The notes under the pieces are model-generated. The model was not told the origin of the DNA. It searched no databases and saw only the letters and a list, made by a program, of their open reading frames with translations. A stretch of DNA of 64,000 nt, taken from Ktedonobacterales bacterium (GTDB taxonomy: Bacteria > Chloroflexota > Ktedonobacteria > Ktedonobacterales > DATBGS01). Every line of letters begins with the position of its first letter. Position 1 is the stretch's first letter. The position numbers and the translations under genes were made by a program. The DNA lies in NCBI GenBank assembly GCA_036557285.1, contig DATBHW010000073.1, positions 551 through 64,550 on the forward strand. Direction: 5' to 3'. Positions 18,829-27,550 of the stretch are shown one piece after another.

Positions 18829-20916
18829 ATGCGTCGAGTGGAGCGAGTGACAGCAGACAGCGCAGTAGGTGTCGAGCCGCGCTATCGGGCTATCAGTGAC
18901 TATGGGGTGATTGGCGATTGCCGCACGGCGGCGCTGGTTGGGCCGGATGGCTCGATTGATTGGTGCTGCCTGCCGCATTTCGACAGCCCCGCGATCTTCT
19001 GCCGTTTGCTCGATGCCGAGCGAGGCGGCTTTTTTCGGATGAATCTGGCGGGCGGCGCGCAATCAGCAATGGCCTATCTACCAGGGACCAATATCCTGGA
19101 AACGACGTTGACCAACGCCAGCGGGCGGCTGCGTCTGCTGGATTTTATGCCTATTCGCAAGCGGCGGCCAAATGCCCGCCTGGCCCGCCATGTGGGCGTG
19201 GCGCTGCTTTCGCGGGCATCTCAGAAGCGGAGCGCGGAGATAGAGCGCGATCTGGGCAACGATGTCGCGGCGTCGCATCGCCTCCAGCGGATGGCGGCCT
19301 GCCTGGAGGGGAGTGTTGAGGTTGAATTGACGCTCAAGGCCACGTTTGATTACGCGCGCCAGGAAGCGCAGATCGAGCGCCAGCATCTTTCGGACGATAT
19401 GACCGGCGCGCTGCTCTGGGACGATGGGCGCTACCTGGCGCTGGTGGTTCGGCGTATACGCGCCAGCGCGGATGGTCTCCAGGCTGCGCCGCTGGCGCTT
19501 GAGCAATCGGATCACACGCTGCGTCTGCGCGCGACTTTGCGGGCGGGCGATCAGTTGGTGGCCGCGCTGAATTACGCGCGAGATCGCGCCGAGGCGCGGC
19601 TGCTGCTGGCCCACTTGGCCCGGCATTCGTTCGAGAAAGACCTGGAGGAGACGCAAGCCTACTGGTTGGATTGGTCGAAAAAGTGCCACTACAGCGGCCC
19701 CTATCGGCAGGCGGTGCTGCGTTCGGCGCTGGCCCTGAAGCTTTGCACCTTTGAGCCAACGGGCGCGATTGTCGCGGCGCCCACGATGTCCTTGCCGGAA
19801 TGGATAGGCGGCGTGCGCAACTGGGACTATCGCTATACCTGGCTGCGCGATTCAAGCTTCACGCTGGCGGCGCTGGCAAACCTGGGCTATCACGAAGAGG
19901 CGTGTCATTACTTTCATTTCCTGCACGACCTGCACCTGCGGCGCGGCGACGATGTACGCATTATGTATAACATTCGCGGGGAATCGGAAGATCACCTGGA
20001 AGAGCGGATACTGGATCACCTGGAAGGCTATCAGGGATCGCGGCCTGTGCGTATTGGCAACGGCGCGGCCCAGCAGCGCCAGCTTGACATCTACGGCGAA
20101 CTGCTGGACGCCGCTTACAGCTACCTGCGCCACGCGGGCTTCCGCCCCAAAAATATTACGCGGTTCAACCGTGATCTCTGGACATTCTGTTCGATGGTGG
20201 CCGATTATGTTATCGAACACTGGCAAGACCTGGATCGCGGTATCTGGGAGGTGCGCGGCGACCCACAGGCGTTCGTCTATTCGCGGGTCATGTGCTGGGT
20301 GGCGCTGGATCGCGCCTGCAAACTGGCCCGTCATTATCAACATGATCACCACGCGGATCGCTGGGAAACGTGCCGCGATGCGATTCATCAGGACATTCTG
20401 AAACACGGCTACAGCGAGCAATTACAGAGCTTTACGCAGGCATATGGGAACACTGCGCTGGACGCCGCCAACCTGCGCCTGCTGCTGGTCAAGTTTTTAT
20501 CGCCGGACAGCCCGCGCATCAAGAAGACCGTTGAGGAGACCCTGCGCACGCTGTCGGGGCCGCATGGGGTGGTCTATCGCTATCGCTCAGCCGCCGACTC
20601 GGAACCAGATGGCACGACGGATGATGGCCTGCCAGGCAAAGAGGGCGCGTTCCTGGCCTGCGCTTTCTGGCTCGTTGATAATCTGTGCTATCTTGGCCGA
20701 ACCGACGAGGCCCGCGAACGCTTTGAGGGGCTGCTGCGCTTCGCCAGCCCGCTTGGCCTGTTTGCGGAGGAAGTGGACCCCGATACCGGCGCGCACCTGG
20801 GCAACTATCCCCAGGCGTTTACGCACATCGGGCTGATTAACAGCGCCGTGACCCTCCATCGGGCGAATGATGGTATCCTGGTTGTCCACCCCAACGCGGC
20901 AACGCATGGCCGGTAA
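18829..20916 (+). CDS. Glycoside hydrolase family 15 (glucoamylase/trehalase-like)
   Basis: N-terminal ISDYGVIGDCRTAALVGPDGSIDWCCLPHFDSPAIF, the NWDYRYTWLRDS catalytic region and an (alpha/alpha)6 C-terminus. Confidence 0.85.
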   Translation: MRRVERVTADSAVGVEPRYRAISDYGVIGDCRTAALVGPDGSIDWCCLPHFDSPAIFCRLLDAERGGFFRMNLAGGAQSAMAYLPGTNILETTLTNASGRLRLLDFMPIRKRRPNARLARHVGVALLSRASQKRSAEIERDLGNDVAASHRLQRMAACLEGSVEVELTLKATFDYARQEAQIERQHLSDDMTGALLWDDGRYLALVVRRIRASADGLQAAPLALEQSDHTLRLRATLRAGDQLVAALNYARDRAEARLLLAHLARHSFEKDLEETQAYWLDWSKKCHYSGPYRQAVLRSALALKLCTFEPTGAIVAAPTMSLPEWIGGVRNWDYRYTWLRDSSFTLAALANLGYHEEACHYFHFLHDLHLRRGDDVRIMYNIRGESEDHLEERILDHLEGYQGSRPVRIGNGAAQQRQLDIYGELLDAAYSYLRHAGFRPKNITRFNRDLWTFCSMVADYVIEHWQDLDRGIWEVRGDPQAFVYSRVMCWVALDRACKLARHYQHDHHADRWETCRDAIHQDILKHGYSEQLQSFTQAYGNTALDAANLRLLLVKFLSPDSPRIKKTVEETLRTLSGPHGVVYRYRSAADSEPDGTTDDGLPGKEGAFLACAFWLVDNLCYLGRTDEARERFEGLLRFASPLGLFAEEVDPDTGAHLGNYPQAFTHIGLINSAVTLHRANDGILVVHPNAATHGR

Positions 20917-20924
20917 TCGCTCAG

Positions 20925-21099
20925 GGTTCTCCCAAATCTGAGGTGTTGGCAAGCGAGGCGTGTTATTTGTAGCGCCGCCATCTTGGCGGCCAGCGTTGGC
21001 CTGCTGGTCCGCTGGCCTGGAGGGCGAACGCTCGCTCTAGCGAATCGTTGGCCGCCTGGAAGGCGGCGCTACAAGTAACCCCCGATAATTGGTGGAACC
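20925..21099. repeat. Family-A full MITE-like element with a perfect 9-bp TSD
   Basis: Termini GGTTCTCCCAAATC...GATAATTGGTGGAACC. ATCGCTCAG occurs at 20916-20924 and again at 21100-21108. Confidence 0.9.
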
Positions 21100-21104
21100 A
21101 TCGC

Positions 21105-21551
21105 TCAGGGGAGCGCGTGATCGAGCTTGCGCAAGAGGGAGAGGAGTTGAGTTTGCTCCTCTGGCGAGAGGGCAGAGAACTGCCTGGCGACAAACCCCTC
21201 CTGAGCAGGTACGGCCTCCCGATAGAGGCGCTGTCCCGCGTCGGTCAGAAAGAGGCGGTTGACCCGTCCCTCTTGCTGTCGGCGAATCAGCCCATGCTGC
21301 TCCAGCCGGTCCAGAAGCTGGCAGATGTTGCCCTTGGTTACGAGGAGTTTGTCGGCCAATTCCTGCTGGGTGATGCCTTCGGCGGAACCGATGCGGGCAA
21401 TCACGTCGAACTGGGCCACGCTCACCCCCCAGGCGCGCAGATGCTCTGCCGAGGCGCGATCCATCTTCTGGAAGACGCGGGCGAGCCGCATCCAGGCCAG
21501 GACGGCTGGCTCGCGCAGCTTCTCCGCGCTTGTTATCGGTTTGCTCTCCAT
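21105..21551 (-). CDS. MarR-family transcriptional regulator
   Basis: Winged HTH ITQQELADKLLVTKGNICQLLDRLEQHGLIRR. Divergent from the PAP2 gene, with a palindrome in the intergenic region. Confidence 0.85.
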   Translation of the reverse strand: MESKPITSAEKLREPAVLAWMRLARVFQKMDRASAEHLRAWGVSVAQFDVIARIGSAEGITQQELADKLLVTKGNICQLLDRLEQHGLIRRQQEGRVNRLFLTDAGQRLYREAVPAQEGFVARQFSALSPEEQTQLLSLLRKLDHALP

Positions 21552-21569
21552 GCCTATAGTTAAGACCTA

Positions 21570-21590
21570 AACCTTGATTTTGTCAAGGTT
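21570..21590. promoter_or_regulatory. Palindromic candidate MarR operator
   Basis: AACCTTGA-N5-TCAAGGTT perfect inverted repeat in the MarR/PAP2 divergent intergenic region. Confidence 0.55.
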
Positions 21591-21630
21591 TTCTACGATA
21601 CTTTGGAAAAAGATGGATTCAGGAGTCTGG

Positions 21631-22485
21631 ATGAAACGGGTGATGGTGATAAAAGCGCGCGTCCTCTCCCCTTTTGGTAAAGGCTGGCATTCGTCGGCCT
21701 CTCCCTGGTTTATCCTGGCAGCAGCACTCCTGCTGCTCTGCCTGTGCTATACCTTCCTGCTCACCAGGGGGGCGCTGAACGCTTCGACGGTGCAGATGGA
21801 GCAGTGGCTCTTAGGCCGTCCGATTACGCGCGCGGATTGCGTGCTGTTAGAGTGGCGGAATGTGGGGAATGCGCTCTTCATCTTGCTGGGAACGATTCTG
21901 CTGGGGGTTGTCTGCATGCTCCTGGGCTATCGCTGGCCGGTGCTGCCATCCCTCGTGGCGCTGCTGTTCATCTGCCTGGTCTGTGAGGGTACGGGCAAGG
22001 TTGTCTTGAGGCAGCCGATCCCCCAGGCGGTGAGCGCGAGCATGCCGGCGCTGGGCTGCCCACAAATCTATACGCAGCCGTCTTCGGCGCGGCTGAGCGC
22101 GGCAGCGGGGATGTGGTGGAACATTCCCCCGGCTTCTCAGGAGGTGGTCGAGCGCATCCACGCGCTTTCCGAGCAGCCATTGCTTTCTGAATGGTACTAT
22201 AGGGCGCGGAGTTATCCAGGCGGCCACGCGATGCGCGGCAGCTTTCTAGGAATACTGGTCTGCTGGTTCTGCTGGAGGCATATCAAGCGCCGGGCCATTC
22301 GCGTGCCGTTGATGGCGCTGGCGCTGCTGGTGGCTTTTGGCGTCGGCTTTATCCAGTTTTATATCGGTGCGCATCTCATCACCGATACGATAGCGGGCTA
22401 TCTGCTCGGCATCGCGGCGGCGTGCTGCGCGATTGGCCTCCTGCTCCTGAATGCGCCCAGACAGCAGCGCGCAGCACCCTCTTGA
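21631..22485 (+). CDS. PAP2-superfamily membrane phosphatase (putative)
   Basis: Multi-TM protein with YPGGH and GAHLITDTIAG resembling PAP2 motifs C2/C3. Start chosen at the ATG with CAGGAG upstream. Confidence 0.55.
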   Translation: MKRVMVIKARVLSPFGKGWHSSASPWFILAAALLLLCLCYTFLLTRGALNASTVQMEQWLLGRPITRADCVLLEWRNVGNALFILLGTILLGVVCMLLGYRWPVLPSLVALLFICLVCEGTGKVVLRQPIPQAVSASMPALGCPQIYTQPSSARLSAAAGMWWNIPPASQEVVERIHALSEQPLLSEWYYRARSYPGGHAMRGSFLGILVCWFCWRHIKRRAIRVPLMALALLVAFGVGFIQFYIGAHLITDTIAGYLLGIAAACCAIGLLLLNAPRQQRAAPS

Positions 22486-22501
22486 CGCCACCACCATCTG
22501 A

Positions 22502-22560
22502 GAAAGAGCAGGCTCGCTGCTCTGCGCCTTGCCGGTGCGAAGCAGCAAGCCTGCTCTTTC
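22502..22560 (+). terminator. Long hairpin downstream of the PAP2 gene
   Basis: 13-bp perfect outer stem GAAAGAGCAGGCT/AGCCTGCTCTTTC with an imperfect inner stem. No clear U tract. Confidence 0.4.
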
Positions 22561-22596
22561 GATGGTTGATTCCGTTGCTGAGCTATTCCTTAGAGC

Positions 22597-22694
22597 GCCT
22601 CACACAACCTCCGCGCGAGCAGAGGCGGGGTTGCAGCGCCGTCCTTCCAGGCGGCAGGGGTGGAGCCAACCGTCGGTTTTGTGAGGCATTCTTA
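22597..22694. repeat. Family-B hairpin repeat abutting the stop codon of phosphoesterase paralog 1
   Basis: GCCTCACACAACC...GGTTTTGTGAGGC outer stem with an inner GCGCCGTCCTTCCAGGCGGC motif. By eye ~93% identical to 37538-37635. Confidence 0.85.
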
Positions 22695-23753
22695 GCCGCG
22701 TGGGCCAACCAGATCGCTCATGGGCTGAACATTGGCGGTGTCGCAGGTGAAGGCCAGGCAGCCCAGTTTCCAGCCGCCCTGGATGGTTGCGAGCATGGAG
22801 AAATGGTTATAGGCCACGTTGGACGTGCGCGGCGCGTGGTCAGAGTGTGAGATGACCAGCGTGACGACATGGCCGCCGCCATTGCCCGGTTCGGCGTCGC
22901 AGCAGCCGCTGGTGTCGCCAAAGCCAGAGTGGGTAGGAGAGCCAGTGAAGTCGCTCTCGTCCCAGGTGACGAAGATCACGGAGTTGCCCGTCCAGGCATG
23001 CGAGTTCATAATCGCGCTGACGGTATTGTTCAGGAAAGCATCACCAGCGGCAATCAACTCCTGGATGTGTCCGAAGCTGCACAGGTCGGTGGCGGGTCCG
23101 CCTCTGCCGTGCATATCGTTGCACTGGTCGGGGCTAATCCAGGTAAAGTCGGCGACATTTTTTTTGCTTGCCAGATCAGTACTCAACTGGCTGAAATCAA
23201 CGATATTTGCTGTGCGTGCCGGGTTTGTCTGGACATCCTGATAGGAGATGAAGGGGTTGTGCTTGCGTTCGTAAAGCTGATTGCCGCAGGCAGACGCCAG
23301 TATATTCCCGTTGCACAAAGAATAGGATTGCATATAGGCTTTCCAGGTCTTGCCATGCGCCTCAAGCTGGTCCACGATGTTGGGTACGGCGATGGTATGG
23401 TCGTTATCATCGAGAATGCCGTTCGTCGCGCCAGATGTGGCCGCGATATAGTTGGGCTGGCTAGGATGGATGACGCCTGTGTAGTTGGTGGCAAGCCCAT
23501 ACCTGGCGGCGGCATCGTTAATCCAGGGCGCGTTGGGATTGCCGATCAGGGCGTCGAAGCCGGTGTTCTCCATCATGATGACGAAGACATGCTGGAAGTT
23601 CTTGAGGTCCGAGCGGTTCCCGGCGGCTGCCTGGACTCCGGCAGCGGGGGCGAATAGCATGACAAAAAGCCCCAGCATGGACAAGGCAACTGCTCCAGGG
23701 ATGCCTACCCTGGTCACGAGACGACTCATGCGCCTATTCCTGTTCATGAGCAT
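22692..23753 (-). CDS. Secreted phosphoesterase-family protein (PLC/AcpA-like), paralog 1
   Basis: Signal peptide, HVFVIMMENTGFDALIG, HPSQPNY and FVTWDESD motifs. Confidence 0.8.
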   Translation of the reverse strand: MLMNRNRRMSRLVTRVGIPGAVALSMLGLFVMLFAPAAGVQAAAGNRSDLKNFQHVFVIMMENTGFDALIGNPNAPWINDAAARYGLATNYTGVIHPSQPNYIAATSGATNGILDDNDHTIAVPNIVDQLEAHGKTWKAYMQSYSLCNGNILASACGNQLYERKHNPFISYQDVQTNPARTANIVDFSQLSTDLASKKNVADFTWISPDQCNDMHGRGGPATDLCSFGHIQELIAAGDAFLNNTVSAIMNSHAWTGNSVIFVTWDESDFTGSPTHSGFGDTSGCCDAEPGNGGGHVVTLVISHSDHAPRTSNVAYNHFSMLATIQGGWKLGCLAFTCDTANVQPMSDLVGPRG

Positions 23754-23981
23754 AGCCCTCCTAACGACGATGTAAAATGACTCAAACGCTGAGACCCGCC
23801 AGGTTGTATCTCCGCAGCGATGGCTGCCCTGATTGCTGAGCAGCCCCTCAGCAGTTCAAGTCTACCATACTAGTATCAAGAACCAGTAGTGATCTCGTGA
23901 TGATAAGGTTAAGGTACTATTATCAGGGGCCGCGTAAAACCCCGCCTTTTAAGGCTGGGGATAGAAGCGGCCACGTTCCGG

Positions 23982-24011
23982 TTGACATGAATGTATAAAC
24001 TATGATAGAAT
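23982..24011 (+). promoter_or_regulatory. Promoter inside IS element 2 driving RHH-tnpB (predicts a leaderless mRNA)
   Basis: TTGACA-N18-TAGAAT, with the -10 box ending 6 nt before ATG 24018. Confidence 0.5.
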
Positions 24012-24017
24012 ACGTAC

Positions 24018-24209
24018 ATGAAGAAATCAACCGAACCCAAGTTGCCACGCTGGACCATCACCATTTCGCCTGCCTTGATTGATGAGTTTCGTACCCTGGC
24101 CGCCGAACATAAACGGTCCTTAAACAGTGAACTGGTCTGGGCCTTAGAGCAATACGCCAAAGCTGAGCGGCGGACAGGGAAGAAGGATGCTGACCCGCAA
24201 GGCGTTTAA
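24018..24209 (+). CDS. Arc/MetJ-type ribbon-helix-helix protein encoded inside the tnpB element
   Basis: RWTITISPALIDEFRTLAAEHKRSLNSELVWALEQY fits beta-strand/helix/helix with the RS-N-E Arc signature. TTGACA-N18-TAGAAT promoter lies 6 nt upstream. The 3' end overlaps tnpB by 23 nt. Confidence 0.7.
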   Translation: MKKSTEPKLPRWTITISPALIDEFRTLAAEHKRSLNSELVWALEQYAKAERRTGKKDADPQGV

Positions 24210-25367
24210 GTATCGCCTCTCCCCGACTCGCGCTCAGGAGCGTATCTTGCTCTGGACGCTTACCCGCTGTCGAGAACTCTACAACGCCGCCCTGCAAGAG
24301 CGCCGTGATGCCTATCGTATGGGGGGCGTTTCTATCCGCGGCTTCCATCAAATCAACCAACTGCCGGAAATCAAGCAAGAGCGACCGGAATATGCCGACA
24401 TCCACAGCCAGATCTTGCAAGATGTCTTGCGTCGGGTGGATAAGGCCATGCAAGGGTTTTTTCGGCGCGTGAAGGTGGGCCAAAAGCCCGGCTATCCGCG
24501 TTTTCAGGGGCGCAACCGCTACGATAGTTTCATGTATCCCCAGGCGGGCTTTGCGCTGGCGGGCGAACGCTTGACGCTCTCCAAACTTGGAGACGTCAAG
24601 GTGCGCCTGCATCGCCCGCTAGTGGGGCAGGTAAAAACCTGCACGATCAAGCGCGAAGCCGATCAATGGTATGTCTGCTTCTCCTGTGAGGTGGAAGAAG
24701 AACCGGTGCCCGTGAGTGATGAAGCGGTTGGCCTGGATTTGGGCCTGCTGCATTTTGCCACGCTCTCCACTGGGGAAACCATCGAAAACCCGCGCCACTA
24801 CCGCAAAGGACTGAAGAAGTTAGCGCTAGCGCAGCAGAAGGTGTCCCGCTGCAAACGTGGTTCCCATCGGCGGGAACGGGCCAGGAAGGCCGTAGCGCGT
24901 GCCCATCGCAAGATTCGTAACCAGCGCCATGACTTCCTGCACAAAGCGGCGCGCTCCCTGGTCAATCGCTATGGCCTGATCGTCATGGAAGACCTGAAAA
25001 TCACGAATATGAGTGCCGCGCCCGCACCCAAGCCCGCCCCAAACCAGGACGGCGCGTATTTGCCTAACGGAGCCAGCGCCAAGGCTGGCTTGAATCTGTC
25101 GATTCTTGATGCTGGTTGGGGCCAGTTCCAAACCCTCTGTGTCGCCAAGGCTGCAAGTGCCGGACGCCTAGTAGAGTTTGTGGACCCCGCTATACAAGCC
25201 AGCGGTGTAGCCAATGCGGAGCGATTGCCAAGAAAGAGCTTTCTGAACGCTGGCATAGTTGCTCCTGTGGCTGCGAACTAGACCGCGATCACAACGCGGC
25301 GATCAACATTCTTCAGGCTGGGAAGCAGCCCACAGGTCTACGGGCCTGGAGAAGCCCCCTGCTTTAG
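24187..25367 (+). pseudogene. tnpB: TnpB (IS200/IS605 OrfB) interrupted by a 1-nt frameshift in a C4 run (25185-25188)
   Basis: Frame 1 (24187-25281) has the N-terminus MLTRKAFKYRLSPT, VGLDLG (D) and LIVMEDL (E). Frame 0 (to 25367) has PRYTSQRCSQCG...CSCGCELDRDHNAAINI (Zn ribbon plus the third Asp). Confidence 0.8.
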
Positions 25368-25481
25368 CAGTGGGGTACTTCACATACATCTCATGAAAGA
25401 AGGGATGGCACAGCCGTTGCAGAGCCATGAGCGGACTGTAGGATGCCGCTCTTCCCAAAGGCTGAGCGTAGAGGAGAACAC

Positions 25482-26432
25482 ATGAGCGCAGAGATGATTG
25501 GGCTTTGGATCGGCTTTAATCTGGCGGTGCTGGCTCTGCTGGCGCTGGACCTGGGGGTGTTTAATCGCCAGGCGCACGAGGTTTCTCTGCGCGAAGCCGC
25601 GATCTGGAGCGCCGTGTGGGTGGGGCTTTCACTGCTCTTTAATCTCTTTATCTTCTTCTGGCGAGGGACCGACACCGGCCTCGATTTTCTAACCGCCTAT
25701 CTGATCGAGAAGTCGCTCAGCGTTGATAATATCTTTGTGTTTGTCTTGATCTTTTCGGCCTTTAGCGTGCCTGCCAGGTATCAGCATCGCGTCCTCTTCT
25801 GGGGGGTGCTGGGCGCGATTGTGATGCGCGGCCTGCTGATTCTGGCGGGTACGACATTGATCGCCCTCTTTCACTGGCTGCTCTACGTATTTGGCGCGTT
25901 CCTGATTCTGACGGGCATTCGGCTGGCCTGGCGGCAAGAGCAGCAGATGCACCCTGATAAGCATCCGCTGGTGCGGCTGGCCCGGCGCTTCGTGCCTGTG
26001 ACCGCCGATTTTGAGGGGCCGCACTTTTTTGCGCGCAAAGAGGGGCGTCTCTTCATCACGCCGCTGCTGCTGGTGCTGCTGGTGGTGGAGAGCGCCGATC
26101 TGCTCTTTGCGCTCGATTCTATTCCGGCGGTCTTTGCCATCACGCTTGATCCGTTTATTGTCTATACCTCCAATGTCTGCGCGATCCTGGGGCTGCGCGC
26201 GCTCTATTTCCTGCTGGCCGATCTGGTGGAGCGTTTCCACTACCTCAAGTTCGGGCTGGCGGTGATTCTGACGCTGGTCGGCTTCAAGCTGCTGCTGGCC
26301 GACCTCTATCACATTCCCATTGGCATCTCGCTGGGAGCGATTGCTCTCGTCCTCACGGCTGCTGTTATAGCTTCGCTCCTGCGCCCGCCAAAAAAGCCAG
26401 CGCGCGAAGCAGAAAAGAAGGCGCCGGTCTAA
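25482..26432 (+). CDS. TerC/Alx-family integral membrane protein
   Basis: YLIEKSLSVDNIFVF and ADLLFALDSIPAV repeats. GAGGAG SD upstream of ATG 25482. Confidence 0.85.
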   Translation: MSAEMIGLWIGFNLAVLALLALDLGVFNRQAHEVSLREAAIWSAVWVGLSLLFNLFIFFWRGTDTGLDFLTAYLIEKSLSVDNIFVFVLIFSAFSVPARYQHRVLFWGVLGAIVMRGLLILAGTTLIALFHWLLYVFGAFLILTGIRLAWRQEQQMHPDKHPLVRLARRFVPVTADFEGPHFFARKEGRLFITPLLLVLLVVESADLLFALDSIPAVFAITLDPFIVYTSNVCAILGLRALYFLLADLVERFHYLKFGLAVILTLVGFKLLLADLYHIPIGISLGAIALVLTAAVIASLLRPPKKPAREAEKKAPV

Positions 26433-26456
26433 CCGCCAGCGTCAAGGGTCAGGATG

Positions 26457-26688
26457 GGTTCCACCAATTATCGGGGGTTGCCACTTGTAGCGCCGCCCCC
26501 CTTCGGGAAGGGCCGCTTGCCTCGGCTATGCCTCGGCATGCTCGCTCCCGTTGGTCGCTCGCGCGTCCCTCCAGGCGGCTCAACGCTGGCCTGCTGGTGT
26601 GTTGGCCCGCAGGGCAAACGCTCGCGCTGGCGCAGCGGTGGCCGCCTGGAAGGCGGCGCTACAAGTGGCCCCGCTTTTTGCTAGAACC
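26457..26688. repeat. Family-A full MITE-like element with a perfect 9-bp TSD
   Basis: Termini GGTTCCACCAATTATCGGGGG...GCTAGAACC. GTCAGGATG occurs at 26448-26456 and again at 26689-26697. Confidence 0.9.
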
Positions 26689-26784
26689 GTCAGGATGCCC
26701 TTCCTTGCTCGCTGCCTTGGGATGCGATACAATCTGGTTAAGAGTTTCTCATACGCTGTCGAGACTGGAGTGGAGTTGTTCTGG

Positions 26785-27549
26785 ATGAGAACGCCGATTA
26801 TCGCGGGCAACTGGAAGATGCACTATGGCCCCGTGGAGGCTGAGGAGTTTGTGGCGGGGATTCTGCCTGGCCTGCATGAACTGCATGAAGTCGAGCGGGT
26901 GCTGTGCCCGCCTGCTGTCTCTCTGACCTCGGTGGCTGGCGCGATTGCCGGGAGCGAGGTGAAGCTGGGCGCGCAAAATATGTTCTATGAAGCCCAGGGG
27001 GCGTATACCGGCGAGATTTCACCCACGATGCTGCAAGGTCTGTGCGCGTATGTCATCCTGGGCCATTCAGAGCGGCGCGGCTATTTTGGCGAGACCGATG
27101 AACTGGTGAATAAAAAGGTCCATGCCGCGCTGAGGTATCATCTGCGGCCCATTGTCTGCGTGGGCGAGCGGCTGGAGCAGCGCGAGGCAGGGCAGACCGA
27201 GCAGGTTATTCGCGCACAGGTGCATGGAAGCCTGGGTGGGCTGCCTGCGGAGCGCGTCGCTGAGGTGGTGGTAGCCTACGAGCCGATCTGGGCGATTGGC
27301 ACAGGCCGCGCCGCAACCGCCCAGGATGCTGTGGCGGTCGTGCAGTTGATTCGCGCTGTGCTGGCCGATCTCTATGGCGCGGGGACGGCCCAGGCGGTGC
27401 GCGTGCAATATGGTGGCAGCGTCACGGCGGCCAACATCAGCGAATTTGTCTCCCAGCCCGACATTGACGGCGCGCTGGTCGGCGGAGCTTCGTTGAAACC
27501 AGAGTTTGTTGAGATTGTGCGTGCCACAGTTGAAGCGAAGGGTCATTAA
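26785..27549 (+). CDS. tpiA: Triosephosphate isomerase
   Basis: IAGNWKMH, ILGHSERR, AYEPIWAIGTG and GGASL motifs. The annotated ORF's N-terminal extension lies in a repeat and was trimmed. Confidence 0.95.
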   Translation: MRTPIIAGNWKMHYGPVEAEEFVAGILPGLHELHEVERVLCPPAVSLTSVAGAIAGSEVKLGAQNMFYEAQGAYTGEISPTMLQGLCAYVILGHSERRGYFGETDELVNKKVHAALRYHLRPIVCVGERLEQREAGQTEQVIRAQVHGSLGGLPAERVAEVVVAYEPIWAIGTGRAATAQDAVAVVQLIRAVLADLYGAGTAQAVRVQYGGSVTAANISEFVSQPDIDGALVGGASLKPEFVEIVRATVEAKGH

Positions 27550-27550
27550 C

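Larger units (their letters stand above)
23905..25385 (+). mobile_element. IS200/IS605-type element carrying an RHH gene plus a frameshifted tnpB; boundaries approximate
   Basis: 5' hairpin region GGGGCCGCGTAAAACCCCGCCTTTTAAGGCTGGGG (23925-23960). 3' hairpin CCCCCTGCTTTAGCAGTGGGG (25353-25375), analogous to the first element's 3' end. Confidence 0.55.

Noticed and set aside
23909-24160. 83-aa minus-strand ORF overlapping the RHH gene.
   Set aside because: It is antisense to a well-formed Arc-type RHH ORF that has a promoter and is coupled to tnpB. It also spans the IS left-end hairpins.
25368-25481. A possible yybP-ykoY (Mn2+) riboswitch or alx-type leader upstream of the TerC-family gene.
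   Set aside because: No GGGGAGUAG or UUGACAUA-type conserved cores are present. The region is largely the 3' end of the adjacent tnpB element.
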